This document shows, piece by piece, positions 48,055 through 49,509 of a stretch of DNA of 49,509 nucleotides. Source of the stretch: a virus (lineage: Duplodnaviria > Caudoviricetes); IMG/VR virus record IMGVR_UViG_3300016476_000342, positions 1-49,509 of that record. One strand, given 5' to 3'. Each line of letters begins with the position of its first letter. Within the stretch, counting starts at the first letter, position 1. The notes under the pieces were generated by a model, which saw nothing but the letters and a program-made list of their open reading frames with translations, made no database searches and had not been told where the DNA came from. A program made the translations under genes and the position numbers.

Positions 48055-48681
48055 TCAGTGTTCTAAAACGTGCATTATGTGATTGTAGTGATTGATACGA
48101 TCCTGCAGTCCAATAGTTCCACCATTGATACGCTTCGTCAACGTAATGATGTCGCCTCTATCAGCCCACTGATTTAGATTGTTGGATTCCCAGAACCAGC
48201 ATGCAGACTGCACTGCACCGTGGAAAGTCATTAGATATTCTGGTATGTCTTCAACAGGAGTCTCAATGCTTGCAGCAAACCAAGCGTAGTTAGTCTTACC
48301 TGTAAGTTGAATTAGACCTCTACCACAATATTTGAATCCATCGCCCGATTCTTCAGGACCGTTGCCCATTCTATTAGCATACACTCGGTTTGCAATGGCT
48401 TCCTGCTTGTGCGCATATTGTTTTGCTAACTCATCCGTTGGGAAGTACTTTGGAAATATCTTTCTCAAACTCTCCCAGCGATAGTTTAGGTTTTCCTTCA
48501 GTGCGCGATATCCACCAGACTCATGAGCAGTTTGAGCTAAGAAAGCTGCAACTCTTGCCTTGGTGTTAATCTCGTAGTCTGGAAGAAGCATGCATAGTGC
48601 ATCATACCAATCGTCAACGTATGGATTACCTTTTAAGATTTGTCTTAAATGGTCTTGTGTAAATTCAAAATCAAAACTCAT
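48055..48681 (-). CDS. Endolysin, glycoside hydrolase family 19
   Basis: AAFLAQ.AHES, ENLNY, GRGLIQLTG..NY, TKRINGG..G..DR. Confidence 0.93.
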   Translation of the reverse strand: MSFDFEFTQDHLRQILKGNPYVDDWYDALCMLLPDYEINTKARVAAFLAQTAHESGGYRALKENLNYRWESLRKIFPKYFPTDELAKQYAHKQEAIANRVYANRMGNGPEESGDGFKYCGRGLIQLTGKTNYAWFAASIETPVEDIPEYLMTFHGAVQSACWFWESNNLNQWADRGDIITLTKRINGGTIGLQDRINHYNHIMHVLEH

Positions 48682-48690
48682 CTTGTCTCC

Positions 48691-49176
48691 TTAGATCACT
48701 GGATCATCCTGCTGAGGTGCCATCTTATATCCACCCTTTGATACTGCTGGTTGCTGCATCGGCTGTGAATACGCAGGTTGTGAGTACATTGGAGCTTGAG
48801 GCTGTGGAGCTGGAGCGCCGTATGTAGTTGTTACTGTTTGGCTTGAAGGAGGAAGTGCTGGGGCTGGCGGCATGTTTGCACCATTCATCTTCTCCTGTGT
48901 TCTACCCCAAGCTGCTAGACCAAGAACTGCACCCATTGCCATATGGAACAATCCGGCACCCTGAAGTGTCAATGGATTCCACTGACGGAATGCGTCGTTA
49001 GCTGCTTGTGTTTCCCAGAATTGTACGATGGCCCAAAGAATAGGGAATAGGATGAAGTCGAATACACACACCATCATGTACATCCAACCCATTGCTGGAC
49101 GCCACTTTTTGTTCATCCAGTCTTCTTTAGCCTTTTCACTGTCACTCATCTTATCGTTTTTATTATCTTGTGACAT
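48691..49176 (-). CDS. Holin-like membrane protein (GTA holin type)
   Basis: WRPAMGW, hydrophobic helices, LG..AWGRT.EK; adjacent to the endolysin. Confidence 0.72.
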   Translation of the reverse strand: MSQDNKNDKMSDSEKAKEDWMNKKWRPAMGWMYMMVCVFDFILFPILWAIVQFWETQAANDAFRQWNPLTLQGAGLFHMAMGAVLGLAAWGRTQEKMNGANMPPAPALPPSSQTVTTTYGAPAPQPQAPMYSQPAYSQPMQQPAVSKGGYKMAPQQDDPVI

Positions 49177-49187
49177 AATAAGACCTC

Positions 49188-49361
49188 TTACTTTTTCTTC
49201 TGGTCTTTAGGAACTTCTTTGGCGTCCTCTACCTTCTTGTGAATCTTAGTTTGTTTGCACTGCTCTTTACCATTTACAGTCACGCAAACTTTTTTGGTCT
49301 CTGCAGCCATCACTCCAAATGAAAGCATTGCAGAGACCAAACCGGTAATTAGATATTTCAT
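49188..49361 (-). CDS. Small exported basic protein, 57 aa (below ORF-track cutoff)
   Basis: MKYLITGLVSAMLSFGVMAAETKKVCVTVNGKEQCKQ...; GGAG RBS. Confidence 0.7.
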   Translation of the reverse strand: MKYLITGLVSAMLSFGVMAAETKKVCVTVNGKEQCKQTKIHKKVEDAKEVPKDQKKK

Positions 49362-49390
49362 AGTCGATCTCCAACTAGTTAGACATCGAC

Positions 49391-49398
49391 TATTTATC
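49391..49398 (-). promoter_or_regulatory. Late promoter GATAAATA
   Basis: Heads the lysis cassette. Confidence 0.6.
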
Positions 49399-49401
49399 TT
49401 T

Positions 49402-49509
49402 TTAATCGTTCATGTCTTCATATCTCATCTTAGCCAAGATGTAATCCTTAACAAGGGAGCTTCGAACGATGTCGTCGGCTGTAAACTCAATTCGAGTAAA
49501 TGCAGCCAT
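49402..49509 (-). CDS. phoH: PhoH-family protein, C-terminal fragment
   Basis: IEFTADDIVRSSLVKDYI terminal motif. Confidence 0.8.
   Translation of the reverse strand: MAAFTRIEFTADDIVRSSLVKDYILAKMRYEDMND

Noticed and set aside
1-49509. Stop-codon reassignment
   Set aside because: Core genes are full length in the standard code, and genes end in TAA, TGA and TAG

Overview
A 49.5-kb segment of a large, AT-rich T4-like myophage genome with no host chromosomal genes. Bases 1-31147 (minus strand) hold tail fibres and the baseplate block: gp48, gp53, gp27-like, gp5, gp25, gp6, gp7-like, gp8, a 2184-aa structural protein and several mosaic fibres, two with S74 chaperones. Bases 31188-36371 (plus) hold gp4, gp2, gp54-like, gp16, gp26, an uncalled gp51-like ORF and a tape-measure-like gene. 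Bases 36400-40532 (minus) hold early genes: gp32, gp59, gp33, a ClpP-like protease and a SleB-like hydrolase. Bases 40697-44712 (plus) form a late operon of four exported or membrane proteins. Bases 44742-49509 (minus) hold a beta-barrel, tmRNA, HNH nuclease, small ORFs, an exonuclease, a GH19 endolysin, a holin and the end of phoH. The main unannotated signals are: (1) a circularly permuted two-piece tmRNA (tag ANDESYRIAA) preceded by two 50-nt relic copies of its acceptor piece, both broken at the T-loop, with an HNH gene overlapping the intact copy; (2) a T-TTT-TTC slippery site that would fuse gp26 to the gp51-like ORF by -1 frameshift; (3) an early-type promoter pointing antisense into fibre genes; (4) a perfect 30-bp inverted duplication of a terminator around 8.3 kb. 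Family assignments come from motif recognition and synteny, not database searches.
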